This document shows positions 1-10,388 of a stretch of 64,000 nucleotides of DNA, piece by piece. The stretch lies in the NCBI GenBank assembly GCA_963977015.1, contig CAXBMO010000016.1, positions 87,045 to 151,044 of the forward strand, in the 5' to 3' direction. The notes under the pieces were generated by a model. It was not told the origin of the DNA, did not search any database, and saw nothing but the letters and a program-made list of their open reading frames with translations. This DNA is from an uncultured bacterium (GTDB taxonomy: Bacteria > Verrucomicrobiota > Verrucomicrobiia > Verrucomicrobiales > DEV007). The stretch's first letter is position 1, and each line of letters opens with the position of its first letter. Both the position numbers and the translations under genes were made by a program.

Positions 1-418
1 TTTTCCCGGTATGCGGAAGGTCGAGGTCGAGACCGAGGCGATTCTTGATTTCCACCCACCCGTCCTGCAGATTTTCGAAGCGACCGACGAAGTCGAGTTC
101 TTCATCCAACCAGTAATCATGATACGCTTTCTGGAGCGAAGTGATGTTGGCCACGAAGTCGCGAAACGTGCTGTCCGGCATGAGGCGATCCTTGAACTTG
201 CGCATGGAAACCATGCGATCATAGGGGTTCCTCACAAACCCGAACTTAAAGTACTCATCCCAGTATTCCGCATAGCGTTTCCGGGCATGGGAAGCACGCA
301 GGTGCTTGGCTTCCGCGTCAATTTTCCAGAAATCGCGTCCAAACAAGGCCTTCTCCATCGAGGTCATTCCCGTCCGCGGAATGTGGATCCCGATTAACTT
401 TCGCTCGTGACAAATCAT
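1..418 (-). CDS. Sulfotransferase family 2 protein (3' end runs off the window)
   Basis: Not in the ORF track; translated by hand from ATG at 418: MICHERKLIGIHIPRTGMTSMEKAL...FKFGFVRNPYDRMVS...LDFVGRFENLQD. HIPxTGxTS, FVRNPYDRxVS and DFVGRFENL are typical Sulfotransfer_2 motifs. Confidence 0.85.
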   Translation of the reverse strand, partial: MICHERKLIGIHIPRTGMTSMEKALFGRDFWKIDAEAKHLRASHARKRYAEYWDEYFKFGFVRNPYDRMVSMRKFKDRLMPDSTFRDFVANITSLQKAYHDYWLDEELDFVGRFENLQDGWVEIKNRLGLDLDLPHTGK

Positions 419-465
419 CAGTCCTCACACTGGACCTGATTGACGGGCAGATTTCAAGTCTGCGG

Positions 466-1308
466 TCACTTACAAAGATGCGGAGGATGGAGGCTCCACT
501 GGCAGCCTTGAACCCAAAATGCGCCAAACTTGTCTTTGTCGATACCGGGAATCAGTCCGCTTTCCCCAATGGGAGGGTCGAATTTGCGATCGACATAAAG
601 CTCCACATCGGTCGCCTTGATCTTGTTGCCCAGGTCGTAGTGAAGATCCTCGCAGACGCGCACAAACGTCACTTCGATCACGTCTTTGAGTCCGAAACTC
701 TTCTTGATGGAGTCCGTGTAGGAGCCGAGCACCGGATGGGTGAAAACCTCGCGGATTGCGTCGATCCGCGGTTTTGCCTCCGGCCCCAGCTTGCGCCGCT
801 TCCGTTCTGTCAGCTTGACCAGGGGCGTTCCCGGAAAATCGAACAGCTCATCGATCATAAACCCTTTCCGGCTCATCACGAGATTGGCGAAGTACTTGTT
901 GATCGCTCCAACCCAACCCAACAACACGCCGCGGGGATCCTTGAGATAGAGCGAAACTGGGTAATTGCGGGGTTCATCTCCACAGCCGCGCGCATACGGA
1001 ATGACACAGGCCGCTTCGAGGTAATTCAAATTCCGGGGCAGCACCGGAATGTCAGGAACCGGGCTGACGCCGTGATAGTTGCCGCAAAGAAACAGCACGG
1101 GGTGGAAATCCTCGTCCGGCCGAATCGCTTCCGGAATGGATTCATTCGGCATCAACCCTACAAAGTCGGGCAAACACTCTCGAAGCGTTTCCTTATCGAC
1201 TTCCCGAAGGATGACCCAAGTGTCGAGTTTCCCCTCGTAGTGAAAGTCTTCTTTGACTTCGAATTCGGGCTGCGGGACGCGGAAAAGGGGCGAGGTCTGA
1301 AGTTTCAT
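466..1308 (-). CDS. Putative acetoacetate-decarboxylase-like (ADC-fold) protein
   Basis: Probable start MKLQTS at 1308 overlaps the upstream stop (ATGA). LRECLP...HPVLF...YLEAACVIPY...LYL...GVLLGW...NK pattern resembles ADC-superfamily proteins. Confidence 0.55.
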   Translation of the reverse strand: MKLQTSPLFRVPQPEFEVKEDFHYEGKLDTWVILREVDKETLRECLPDFVGLMPNESIPEAIRPDEDFHPVLFLCGNYHGVSPVPDIPVLPRNLNYLEAACVIPYARGCGDEPRNYPVSLYLKDPRGVLLGWVGAINKYFANLVMSRKGFMIDELFDFPGTPLVKLTERKRRKLGPEAKPRIDAIREVFTHPVLGSYTDSIKKSFGLKDVIEVTFVRVCEDLHYDLGNKIKATDVELYVDRKFDPPIGESGLIPGIDKDKFGAFWVQGCQWSLHPPHLCK

Positions 1309-2459
1309 GGATGATTCAAGAGTTCGGGCGAATGTTGGTTGGATGAAAAGTTCGGGCTTGGCTCGGCTGCTTTCGAACGTTGATCGAGAATGCGTCGAGC
1401 CATTGGAAAGACAAGCCGATTCAGGGCGGAAGGCGCACAAAGCCCATGCAGGTAGTTCTGCAAATTGCGACTTCGCGAAGCGGTTGCGAGGATGGCTCGA
1501 TAACCGGCGTGCCCCAGCGTTTCCCACGCCCAACGATTCACCACCCCGGCCCGAACCAAGGGCGTAAACCGGGACTCCGCCACCGCCTCGTAGTCCAACT
1601 GATTCAGCAGGCCTTGGGCGGCGAGAAAGCCGGATGTCATCGCATTGCGAACTCCGAATCCCCAGAGCGGATCCTGAAGACCGGCGGCCTCGCCGGCAAA
1701 GAACTGGTCACCACCGGAAAAACGCGGAGCCGCGCTGTAGGTCGTGAATCCCCCGGTCGAGTTCCCACCTTCCAGGTCGATTCCGGAAACGCGGCTCAGC
1801 TTCGCTTTGGCGATTTCCAACTGTTGTCGAGCCGTCGAAAAATCGGCGAAGAGAATGGAGGCGAGACAGCCATGTCCTCCAGCAATCAGCAAATAGGCGT
1901 ATCCTTTTGAAGCCGCCGAATTGTCGAGCAAGACATAAGCCTGATCTTCGAGATCGGTCTCAAACACCTCACTCACCGCCAAACCTCGCTTTGGTTTCCC
2001 GACCGGCCCCGAAGTCACCAGATTCGCCTCCTCATCCGCAATGGGCTGCTCAAACTGAAGCCGGACTCCTGCCTGCAACGCCTGTCTTTGGAGGCTCTGA
2101 TCGAGCGAATCCCAAGCCGAACCACGTTGGATCACATAAAAGATGGTCGAATTTCGCCCCATCATGACGCTTCGCTCGCGATCGTCAATGCCGAGAGCTT
2201 TCTGGAACGGGCGCGCCATGAAATCGGCCTCAATCCCCCAGTCGCGCAGGTCATCCAGGAAATCCGTCGTTCCCAACCAGTTTTCCACCCCCTGCAGATC
2301 CCCATGAAACCGCGCACCACAATCCTTCCGGCTCTCAAACACCTCCACAACAGCACCTTCACGCGCCAGCGCAATGGCAGCCGTCAATCCCGCAGGGCCT
2401 GCGCCCTTGATCCGAAAATCCGCCTTCACAGATTGTCCCGGAAATATTTGCGTTTCCAA
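1305..2459 (-). CDS. FAD-dependent oxidoreductase, geranylgeranyl reductase-like
   Basis: GAGPAG dinucleotide-binding motif, GYAYL, and [22 protein letters not shown] (GDAAG..DP..G.G family motif). Confidence 0.8.
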   Translation of the reverse strand: METQIFPGQSVKADFRIKGAGPAGLTAAIALAREGAVVEVFESRKDCGARFHGDLQGVENWLGTTDFLDDLRDWGIEADFMARPFQKALGIDDRERSVMMGRNSTIFYVIQRGSAWDSLDQSLQRQALQAGVRLQFEQPIADEEANLVTSGPVGKPKRGLAVSEVFETDLEDQAYVLLDNSAASKGYAYLLIAGGHGCLASILFADFSTARQQLEIAKAKLSRVSGIDLEGGNSTGGFTTYSAAPRFSGGDQFFAGEAAGLQDPLWGFGVRNAMTSGFLAAQGLLNQLDYEAVAESRFTPLVRAGVVNRWAWETLGHAGYRAILATASRSRNLQNYLHGLCAPSALNRLVFPMARRILDQRSKAAEPSPNFSSNQHSPELLNHP

Positions 2460-4723
2460 CGGCGAAACAGTTGGGCGGTCTTGGATCCCGGGTAGCGATC
2501 GCGCTCGCTGAAGATGACCGCCGGATAACCGGAGATCGCTCGCGACGCCTGTTTGCCTGATGTCACCGTGCTTTCCACCGCCCCCACATTGATCCCGTTA
2601 TCAATCCAGTCCCCAGCCAAAACCAGGTTGCGGAATCCGGACTCATCGGCGCGCATCCGGCGCTTGCTACTACCCGGAATACTCAGCACATAGCGATCGG
2701 CGGGATTGATGTTTGGCCGAAAGTACTGGGAATCAAAGGGCCCCGCACCAAAATCGGCCAAATTGCTCCAATCAAATTTCCCTTCCGCGTCAACCACGTT
2801 GGGCCAGAGTTTGTGGGCGTGTTCCTCCAAAAACTTGCGGCCCAGCTCCTTGACCCGCTCCCGTTCCCGCACCGGAACGTGATCGCCTACCATGTCCGGC
2901 GCATCGGTCAGGGAGTCGAGCAGATACGCGAGATGGCCAACGCCGGCGGCTGATGGAAGATTCTCCCGCTTCGCCACCTGGTCATAATCCGCCCAGGTGT
3001 CGACCGGCCGACGAAATCCGAGCTCAATGAGCGGGTGAACCGATTTCCAGCCCAGCTCGCGAACCGTTTTCGTGACCCAAAGCTGAATGTTGAGCGTCTG
3101 GATGGTGCGCAGGGAATCGGGACGCCCTTTCTCCAACATCCAGGCCCATCGCTGGCTCCGCGCCGACAACTCCGTGCAGATGGAAGGAAGCGCACCAACC
3201 GGAATCGCGAGAACCACCTGGTCAAAATCCTCGCCACGCTTCAGCGTGATTTGCTTGTCCCAGGACTGCTCCGGCATCCATCCGCTTTCGAGATCAATGT
3301 TCTTCTCCGCATGCAGCTGCTTTAACGATTCTGCCTGAGCAGGATCGATCAGATCATACTTGGGCTCGGCCGGCCAACAATTGAGGATTCCTTTCGGATC
3401 GGGAATCGGGACCAACGGGTCATAACTTTCGATCGCTGCGCCGTCTTTCAGGTCGACCTGCTGCCGAATCGCAATGGTGCCGATGTTCCTTCCCTCCAAT
3501 CCCAGATTCTCGACCTTGTGGAAAAACTTGAACTTCACTCCACGCGCTTTGAGCGCCTCATACAGCGGCGTGATCACCGCCTCCCCCATTCCCGCCTGCA
3601 TCTTCCAAACGAACGCACCGCGGTAATCGAGGAACAATCGCAGCGAAAACCGGACCGCAACGCCGGCGGAGAGTTTTCGCTGACCGTCGTCGTCAGGATT
3701 GTAGGCGAGTGGAACGGCGTAAAGCGCTCGCATCAGAGCCGAATCGGTTACCATCTCCGGCGCACCGTATTTCTTGATCCAGTCCGTGAACTCGTGCTGA
3801 TCCAGACAATCGAAGCCTTTGAGAAAGGCGCCCTCCCTGAGAATTCCACGTGCAATGGCAGTGGCGAACCGAACCTCGATCAGGAAATGGCGGCGCTCGC
3901 TATCATCCAAGTTTGCTTCATCCGCGATTTTCTCGCTGTCTTCCTCGATCCGGCCAATCAACCAAAGGATACTGCGTCGCGCACGACGGGTGACGGGCGC
4001 ATCCGGAAAATTTTTCGCGATGTCATAGGCCAGATCCGCCGCATTTCGCGGGTCGGTAATCACGGCGTCGAGATTCCGGATCACCTTGATCGCGAATCGA
4101 ACCACGCGGGGGATGAACCGCTCGTCCCGACCAAAAATAATCGAGCTGTCGCTGGCATGCACCGCATCCACCCGGTCTTTCAGCCACGCGAGGAGCAGGA
4201 GGAGAAGCGCCCAGATCGTCGGTCCCTTGTCTCCGGCCCGGCTTCGTTTTCCTGGCACGGTCCGAGTATCTTCCGGCATTCCGAAATCCCAGGACTTCCA
4301 AACTCCGTCCTTTTCTTCCATGAAGGAGAAGGTCGCTTTGTTTTCCCCACCCAAGGCATTGCGCAGCGGTTGAAACGCGGGATCGCGAACGCCGGTGGGA
4401 TCCGGGAAACAGGTCGAAAGGGGCTCGTCAGCGCCGCGATTCAGCTCCTGAAAGCAATCGTCCAGCATGTGGAAGGCATTTTCATAGCAGCCTGCCAGGT
4501 AGTGAATCCCATGTTCCAGACTGCGATTCATCACCTGACCATCCGGACCGACCTCGTGTGTTCGGCCGCTGGCACACTTCCCACCCAACCTCCATCCCAT
4601 CTGATAGACGGTGATGTCGTATTGCTTCGGATTCTTGGGATCGCTCAGGTAAAACGCCGATGTCAGCCCGCCAATTCCTCCCCCAAGGATGGCAATTTTC
4701 GATTTTGAAGTTGAATCGCTCAT
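2426..4723 (-). CDS. Large NAD(P)/FAD-binding oxidoreductase (COG3349-like, carotene desaturase/HpnE superfamily)
   Basis: [33 protein letters not shown], and C-terminal [25 protein letters not shown]. Confidence 0.75.
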   Translation of the reverse strand: MSDSTSKSKIAILGGGIGGLTSAFYLSDPKNPKQYDITVYQMGWRLGGKCASGRTHEVGPDGQVMNRSLEHGIHYLAGCYENAFHMLDDCFQELNRGADEPLSTCFPDPTGVRDPAFQPLRNALGGENKATFSFMEEKDGVWKSWDFGMPEDTRTVPGKRSRAGDKGPTIWALLLLLLAWLKDRVDAVHASDSSIIFGRDERFIPRVVRFAIKVIRNLDAVITDPRNAADLAYDIAKNFPDAPVTRRARRSILWLIGRIEEDSEKIADEANLDDSERRHFLIEVRFATAIARGILREGAFLKGFDCLDQHEFTDWIKKYGAPEMVTDSALMRALYAVPLAYNPDDDGQRKLSAGVAVRFSLRLFLDYRGAFVWKMQAGMGEAVITPLYEALKARGVKFKFFHKVENLGLEGRNIGTIAIRQQVDLKDGAAIESYDPLVPIPDPKGILNCWPAEPKYDLIDPAQAESLKQLHAEKNIDLESGWMPEQSWDKQITLKRGEDFDQVVLAIPVGALPSICTELSARSQRWAWMLEKGRPDSLRTIQTLNIQLWVTKTVRELGWKSVHPLIELGFRRPVDTWADYDQVAKRENLPSAAGVGHLAYLLDSLTDAPDMVGDHVPVRERERVKELGRKFLEEHAHKLWPNVVDAEGKFDWSNLADFGAGPFDSQYFRPNINPADRYVLSIPGSSKRRMRADESGFRNLVLAGDWIDNGINVGAVESTVTSGKQASRAISGYPAVIFSERDRYPGSKTAQLFRRWKRKYFRDNL

Positions 4724-5193
4724 GAATATCGTTCTGCGGAAGACCTATCGAAACGAACTACACACGTGCTCCTCACGCGTTGCGCCCAACTGTCTCTCGC
4801 AAACTTTTGGGCTGCTGGCAAGCTTTACCAGAGCACGAGGGCCACCGGGGATAGAACCCGGAAGCCCTGCCCGATGTTCTACGTTCTAACCCTGCCAAAA
4901 TCCTCGATGCCCAATATCCCACGATCCCCCCGATTGTCCCCCAATCCTTCCATCTCCAATACGAGAAACCCGGTGGCAGCCAAAGCTGCCAATGCTGTTG
5001 CCCAGCCATAAAATTCTGGTTGTTCACATGGTTCGAAATATGAACTCTGTTTGCGATTTCTCATACCGTTGTACGCGTTATCCCTTTCTAGGAAAGCCGC
5101 GCACAAACGTGACAAACAATTTTAAAAAAATCGCAAAACCGGGCTGAAGACGCCCGAAACCTCGTCAATCCGAGGTAAAATCCGGCCCTCGGC

Positions 5194-6462
5194 TCAGAAA
5201 TTGATCGTGTGGCTGATCGTAAAGACGTCCCACTGGGACTCGTAGTTCCCATTGAACTGGGGAACGACGTTGGTGCGAATCTCTCGATCCTGGTAGAAGC
5301 CCGCCACGTAGGCGAAATCCCAGGAGCCCCGCTTGGTTTGATAGCCCAGGCCAAAAGTCACAATATTGCGATCCGCACCGGGAATCAGCGGAATGTAGGT
5401 TTCGTCAGGAATCGGAGTTTGGGTGTAAAGATAGCCGAGACGAAGGGTCAACTTCTCATTCACGCGGTAGTCCAAGCCTGTTCCCACGCTGAAGCTGTCT
5501 TCCCAATTCAGCCCAACACTATCAGAAGGCGCAAGGGCTTGATTGACACCAATATCGACCGGCAAATCGTCGTGGGTCGAATTTCCGATGTATTCGAAGT
5601 CAAACCCGAGGGTCACGGCTTCGCAAAGATCAACCGCATAGCCGACCCCATAGCTCCAGGGAAATTCCATCTCGGTGTTGTAGTCGCTCCGGTCGGAAAA
5701 AAACGGCTCCAGAGGCGCTGGAATATTGGTGATGGTGTAGTCGCCACTCAAATCGGTGGGAATGGACAACCGCCCGGTCGCCGCAATGCGGTGTCCTTCC
5801 GCGATTTCATGGGTAATCCCGAAGGTCGCCCCAACTCCCCAACCATCGCCATCAAACTCCTGCACTCCGTTTGGAGTTCCCGGAACTCCCGTCAGCGCCA
5901 CCCACGGAAAATCCTGCTCCAAATTCAATTGGCTCCACATCACGTTCAGGGCCGCACCAACGGTCGTTTTTTCGCTGATTTGATAGGAAATTGCCGGGCT
6001 CAAATCCAACGTGACCAGAGATGCCTCATGAGGCAACGCGAACTCAAAGACGCCATCCCGCTTCCAACGCATGTCGACACCGTAGGGCGCGCTGGCGCTG
6101 AATCCCCAGGAAAAGGGAGAATCGCCAATCGGCCCACCCAGGTAAAGACCACCCGTGTATTTCAGGGGATCGCCCATTTCCTCGCTGGTTCCAACGAGTG
6201 ACTGAAAATCAACCTCACCATACCAAACTGACGCGCCAACCAACACCTGAGTGCCATCCAGAAAGCTGAGATTCGCCGGATTAAAACGCGTCGCGGTGGG
6301 GTCATCAACAGTCGCGAACTTGGCTCCCATTTTTCCGGACACTGCAGCGGAATCCGGTAGCGATCGGAGTCCTTCCTGGGCCCGGCCAGATTGAACGAAA
6401 ACGGAAAAGAGCGTTGTCGCCAGCAAAACAACTGCCCGCGAACGAATTGAAGAAATGATCAT
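5194..6462 (-). CDS. OmpP1/FadL/TodX family outer-membrane channel for hydrophobic compounds
   Basis: Signal peptide, DDPTATRFNPANL (NPA motif), APYG, amphipathic beta-strands, LRLGYLYTQTPIP, C-terminal Phe. Confidence 0.85.
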   Translation of the reverse strand: MIISSIRSRAVVLLATTLFSVFVQSGRAQEGLRSLPDSAAVSGKMGAKFATVDDPTATRFNPANLSFLDGTQVLVGASVWYGEVDFQSLVGTSEEMGDPLKYTGGLYLGGPIGDSPFSWGFSASAPYGVDMRWKRDGVFEFALPHEASLVTLDLSPAISYQISEKTTVGAALNVMWSQLNLEQDFPWVALTGVPGTPNGVQEFDGDGWGVGATFGITHEIAEGHRIAATGRLSIPTDLSGDYTITNIPAPLEPFFSDRSDYNTEMEFPWSYGVGYAVDLCEAVTLGFDFEYIGNSTHDDLPVDIGVNQALAPSDSVGLNWEDSFSVGTGLDYRVNEKLTLRLGYLYTQTPIPDETYIPLIPGADRNIVTFGLGYQTKRGSWDFAYVAGFYQDREIRTNVVPQFNGNYESQWDVFTISHTINF

Positions 6463-6683
6463 TGTGCGTGTGCCTCTAGGTGAATGAAGGCTTTGCCTTC
6501 ACGGTTTAAGGCATTGTTCCTGTCAACAAATGACGCCGACGGCAAGGAAAAAGTGTCGAGCGACGAGTTGAACGGACCTTTGCATGGGTTTTTTGGCAAT
6601 AAACCGGACTCCCAACCTGCCAGCGCTCGATTCTGAAGACCCGAAATTCGCTCGACCAACCCGCGAGGCTCTGGGAAACTTGA

Positions 6684-7466
6684 GTGATGGGCCAGTTCCA
6701 GGAAATCACCCAACACGCGATCTCCAACGCCAGCTACCTGCAAATCTTTCTGGGGATTTACATCACGTTTGGGTTGTTCTATTTCGGGTTGGCATTTCTC
6801 ACCTTGCGCTTCACGCGCGATTGGCTTCCCAAAGCTGGAATTGGGCGTCTCATCGACGGTCGGCCCCTCAAGCCGGGCCAGATGAAACGCGAGATGAAGA
6901 ACTCCCTCGTTTCCATCGGTATTTTCGCCCTGTACGGAGTGCTGACCATCGCGTTGGAACGGAAGGAGTGGCTTGTGATTCAGTGGGAATTCGGATTTTG
7001 GGACTTTGTGATCGACCTCCTCGTGATTGCGCTCTGGAACGAACTGCATTTTTACGCGTGCCATGCGTTGCTTCATCGCAAGTGGCTCTATCGGAGGATC
7101 CATCGGGAACACCACCGATCGGCCATCCCCACGCCTTTTTCGACGTTCAGCTTCCATTGGATCGAAGCCGTCATGTTAAGCAGTGTGATGATTCTGCTGA
7201 TGCCGTTCCGGCATTTGAACATCGGCGTGATCCTCTTTTTTCCCGTCGCAAGCCTGATCTACAACAACATCGGTCACATGAACTACGCGGTGTTTCCACA
7301 GCATCGGTTAGGAAGCTTTTTTTCCTCCTGCCGCCGTCACACCATGCATCACACCCGAATCCGGGGAAACTACGGGTTCGTGTTGCCGTGGTTCGATTTT
7401 CTTTTCAAAACCCGAGCGCGCAACGTGGACTACGACGCACCTCTCGAAGACCTGCCCGAAGCTTAA
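6684..7466 (+). CDS. Sterol desaturase / fatty acid hydroxylase family membrane di-iron enzyme
   Basis: His boxes HALLH, HREHH and HTMHH, plus FHWIE and NYG motifs; hydrophobic segments. Confidence 0.9.
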   Translation: MMGQFQEITQHAISNASYLQIFLGIYITFGLFYFGLAFLTLRFTRDWLPKAGIGRLIDGRPLKPGQMKREMKNSLVSIGIFALYGVLTIALERKEWLVIQWEFGFWDFVIDLLVIALWNELHFYACHALLHRKWLYRRIHREHHRSAIPTPFSTFSFHWIEAVMLSSVMILLMPFRHLNIGVILFFPVASLIYNNIGHMNYAVFPQHRLGSFFSSCRRHTMHHTRIRGNYGFVLPWFDFLFKTRARNVDYDAPLEDLPEA

Positions 7467-7788
7467 AGCGCGCGCCGCGGCGGCCGGGAAGCACTACAAC
7501 CAAGCACTTCCCGACCACCCACCTCGCGCGAGAGATGGCCCGTACACCTCTCATCCACTCGACCTTCACAGGTCGTTTCGTTCTACCTTCTGACCTCCCA
7601 AATCCGCATCAAGGTTGCCCTCCCTGATTCGAACTCAGTCGATCGCCCCAAGTCGGCGATCTCATTCGTTTCTTGGGGAGAAGTCCTCGAAAGTGACACC
7701 CCAAAATGAAAAAAATTTCAGGAATGTGCTGAATTCCTTGCTAATGGTGCTGGTCGATTGGATAGATGCCCTAGTTGAAGATGATGTC

Positions 7789-8502
7789 ATGAATCAGGAA
7801 GGAAACGCAGCATTTCCAACCACCGCGTGGAGCACGGTTCTTCGTGCCAAAAAAGGAAGCGAGGCCGACTTCGAAACTTTGTGCAAACGCTATTGGTATC
7901 CCCTTTATGCCTTTGCCAGGCGCTCTGGAAAGTCCCCCGAGGAAGCGGAAGACCTAACGCAAGGCTTTATCTTCAAGCTGATGCAGCGCAATTGGCTTGA
8001 GCAGGTCAATCCAGACGACTGCAAGCTCCGAACCTTTCTCCTGACGCGGCTCAAATCCTACATGAGGGATGAGTGGAAGAAGCAGACCGCCCAAAAACGC
8101 GGTGGTGTCGAAGCCCTCCCCAAACTCGATTACGAGTCCGCAGAGCGCTTTTACTCCTCTGAAATGTCCGACAAACTCAGCGCCGATCGTGTCTATCTGC
8201 GGTCTTGGGCCTCGGAAATGCTTCGAAGAACGCATCGCACGCTTCGCAATTACTACGCCAAGAAAAACCAGGCCAAGGAATTCGAAACGCTCTATCCCTA
8301 CATTCCGAAAGACGAGAAGCTCAAACCTTATTCCGAGGTCGCCGCAGAACTCGGGACCACCGAGGATTGGGTGAAAACCAACGTTAGCCGGATGCGAAAG
8401 CGCTATCGCATGGTTCTGGAAAGCGAAGTTCGTGAAACGTTGGCCAGCGCCTCGGAGTTGGAAGAGGAACTCGCCAGCCTGATGACGGCTTTCAGCAGTT
8501 AG
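7789..8502 (+). CDS. PVC-type ECF RNA polymerase sigma factor
   Basis: FPTTAWSTVL N-terminus, YWYPLYAFARR, AEDLTQGF, LRTFLL, and region-4 YSEVAAELG...VSRMRKRY. Confidence 0.9.
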   Translation: MNQEGNAAFPTTAWSTVLRAKKGSEADFETLCKRYWYPLYAFARRSGKSPEEAEDLTQGFIFKLMQRNWLEQVNPDDCKLRTFLLTRLKSYMRDEWKKQTAQKRGGVEALPKLDYESAERFYSSEMSDKLSADRVYLRSWASEMLRRTHRTLRNYYAKKNQAKEFETLYPYIPKDEKLKPYSEVAAELGTTEDWVKTNVSRMRKRYRMVLESEVRETLASASELEEELASLMTAFSS

Positions 8503-8667
8503 CGCATAACCTGAAAACTAACCCGACCTCGAATCGGTTTGGGATCGAGAGATAGCCCCTTCGCTTCGCGGCATGGATTGGTGATTGTGAATCTTCTGCC
8601 CGATCTCACCGTTGCGTCTTCAGACACGAAGCTCGCAAAGCCTGCCCACAGCCCCTAACGACTACCC

Positions 8668-9159
8668 TTAGACTGGAAGAACCAGATAAACGCTATCGTT
8701 CTCCGTCTGGAAAACAGCTTGGTTGCACTTCAACATCTCCACCGTCGACGTGGGAGCTGTGTTGTTGAAAACGCGAACTTCGACCACCGCGAGTCTCGGA
8801 CAATTCGACAACTCGACCGGTAAACTCCCCAATCGCGGATCCCTTCCATCGGTTTGAAACGTGCTCATCTGAAGTGCGCCGCCGTTCTCGGCACATTTCA
8901 TCGATTGTACCATCAAATTCGTAATGATTTCCGTCACTTCTTCCTCCGGGGTGGCAACCAATGGTAGATCCAGAGACAGCGCAGTTCGGAGGTTGATGCC
9001 CGCGCATCGTAGGTGGAAGTGCAACCGCTTCAGGCACTTCTTGACCACTTCGGTCAAATCCGTCTCCCCTTGGCTGCCTCGTGTTGTGGGCCGCTCAACT
9101 TCGTGGTTATCTGCATATTCTGCGGAACCACCCACCACTGAATCACTTTGCTCGATCAT
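8668..9159 (-). CDS. Hypothetical protein resembling a degenerate histidine-kinase ATPase N-box region
   Basis: DLTEVV...LSLDLPLV...EIITNLMVQSMKCAENGGALQMST resembles the kinase pattern QVLMNLxxNAxDAMPxGGxLxIxT; no H-box or G1/G2 boxes visible. Start uncertain. Confidence 0.45.
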   Translation of the reverse strand: MIEQSDSVVGGSAEYADNHEVERPTTRGSQGETDLTEVVKKCLKRLHFHLRCAGINLRTALSLDLPLVATPEEEVTEIITNLMVQSMKCAENGGALQMSTFQTDGRDPRLGSLPVELSNCPRLAVVEVRVFNNTAPTSTVEMLKCNQAVFQTENDSVYLVLPV

Positions 9160-9266
9160 TCTCTCTCGCTTTCTGTTCACTACGAGGACAGGCGATGACG
9201 AAGGTGACACAACTCCGCGAAAAAAAAGAAACCCCACCCGCTGTGACGAGTGAGGTTCAGAAAATT

Positions 9267-9674
9267 GAAATCAATCTTCATAAGCCGAATTTTGTCCCGC
9301 CCGAAAGCGGTGACGGCCATTTATCTAATCACTCCGAAGAGCAATTCCCGCCCGAAGGCAGGTGCGACTATTACCCGGGTTTATCCACCGTAAGGTGACC
9401 GAACTGGCAGCTCGTTCGCCCTGTTATGTCTTGCACCGCACGGGGTTTACCTTGCCTCCCCGGTTACCCGAAGGAGCGGTGAGCTCTTACCTCGCCATTT
9501 CACCCTTACCCGCACCCGAAAGCACAGGCGGTATCTTTTCTGCGGCACTTTCCGTCGATCCCGCATTATACGGAACCTCCCTGGTTTTCACCAGGCATGC
9601 TGCCATGTGGTGTTCGGACTTTCCTCTCGCCAAAAACCGAAATTTCTGACGAGCGACCGTCTCGGATTGATTTC
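9267..9674 (-). ncRNA. rnpB: RNase P RNA (type A)
   Basis: Minus strand carries GAGGAAAGTCC, GAAAGTGCCGCAGAAA, GGTAAACCCC and ACAAAATTCGGCTTA. Terminal P1 pairing GAAATCAATC/GATTGATTTC defines the ends. Confidence 0.95.
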
Positions 9675-9792
9675 CCCTCAGGTTAATCGCTGCAAAAAAA
9701 TTCGCAACATTCACTTTTGGCGTGACTCGGATTTTCAAATCCGATACCCTGCAGCCAGCCTGACACGTCTCTTACCCTCAAACACACAATCT

Positions 9793-10296
9793 ATGAAAAT
9801 CCTACGCCACTCCCCCGAGTGGATGCGGGCGGTCGCGAAGGCATCGGATGGAAAAACGACCAACTGGTTGTCAGTCGTCGTTCTCTATGATGACGCCCAA
9901 CTCGCCCATGCCGCATCGCGAAAATGCCGCGAAATTGAAAAAAACGTCGATCACGCCAAGATCTACGCCATTCGGACGATCAACCTGAACACCCTACCGG
10001 GCAGCGAAGGCTCTCAGATGGCCAGCGCGGAAGCCGCAACCGCCGATCTCGTGTTCGTTTGCCTTAAAACTGATCACGAACTCTCCCGCTGGACCCAGCT
10101 CTGGATGCGGGAATGGGCCTCCAAACGACAGCAGAACGCTGGCGCGTTAATCCATTTCTGCCATCAAGAACATTGCGATGATTGGAGAACGACTCTCGTC
10201 CGCGAGTTTCTCGGAACGGTCGCATCCCTGGGGCACATGGAACTTGTCGAAGCCGGCACTGAGCAAAACACACCGACCTATTCCGGACTGAATTAG
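9793..10296 (+). CDS. Conserved hypothetical protein (Verrucomicrobia-like)
   Basis: Clean ORF with alpha/beta pattern (VVVLYDD...AEAATADLVFV...WMREW...GALI). Confidence 0.6.
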   Translation: MKILRHSPEWMRAVAKASDGKTTNWLSVVVLYDDAQLAHAASRKCREIEKNVDHAKIYAIRTINLNTLPGSEGSQMASAEAATADLVFVCLKTDHELSRWTQLWMREWASKRQQNAGALIHFCHQEHCDDWRTTLVREFLGTVASLGHMELVEAGTEQNTPTYSGLN

Positions 10297-10388
10297 TGCC
10301 TTTTGCCGGCACTACCCAGTACGCTTCGCGGTTTTTCCAGCCGGTTCGTTTCCAGACGATCCTCTGAGTGGGGCTCAGGCAGCCAAAT

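Noticed and set aside
4766-5115. Several 66-84-aa ORFs between the flavoprotein and FadL genes
   Set aside because: Overlapping alternatives with no motif or clear RBS; none can be supported.
9362-9738. Short ORFs on both strands
   Set aside because: They overlap the RNase P RNA gene.
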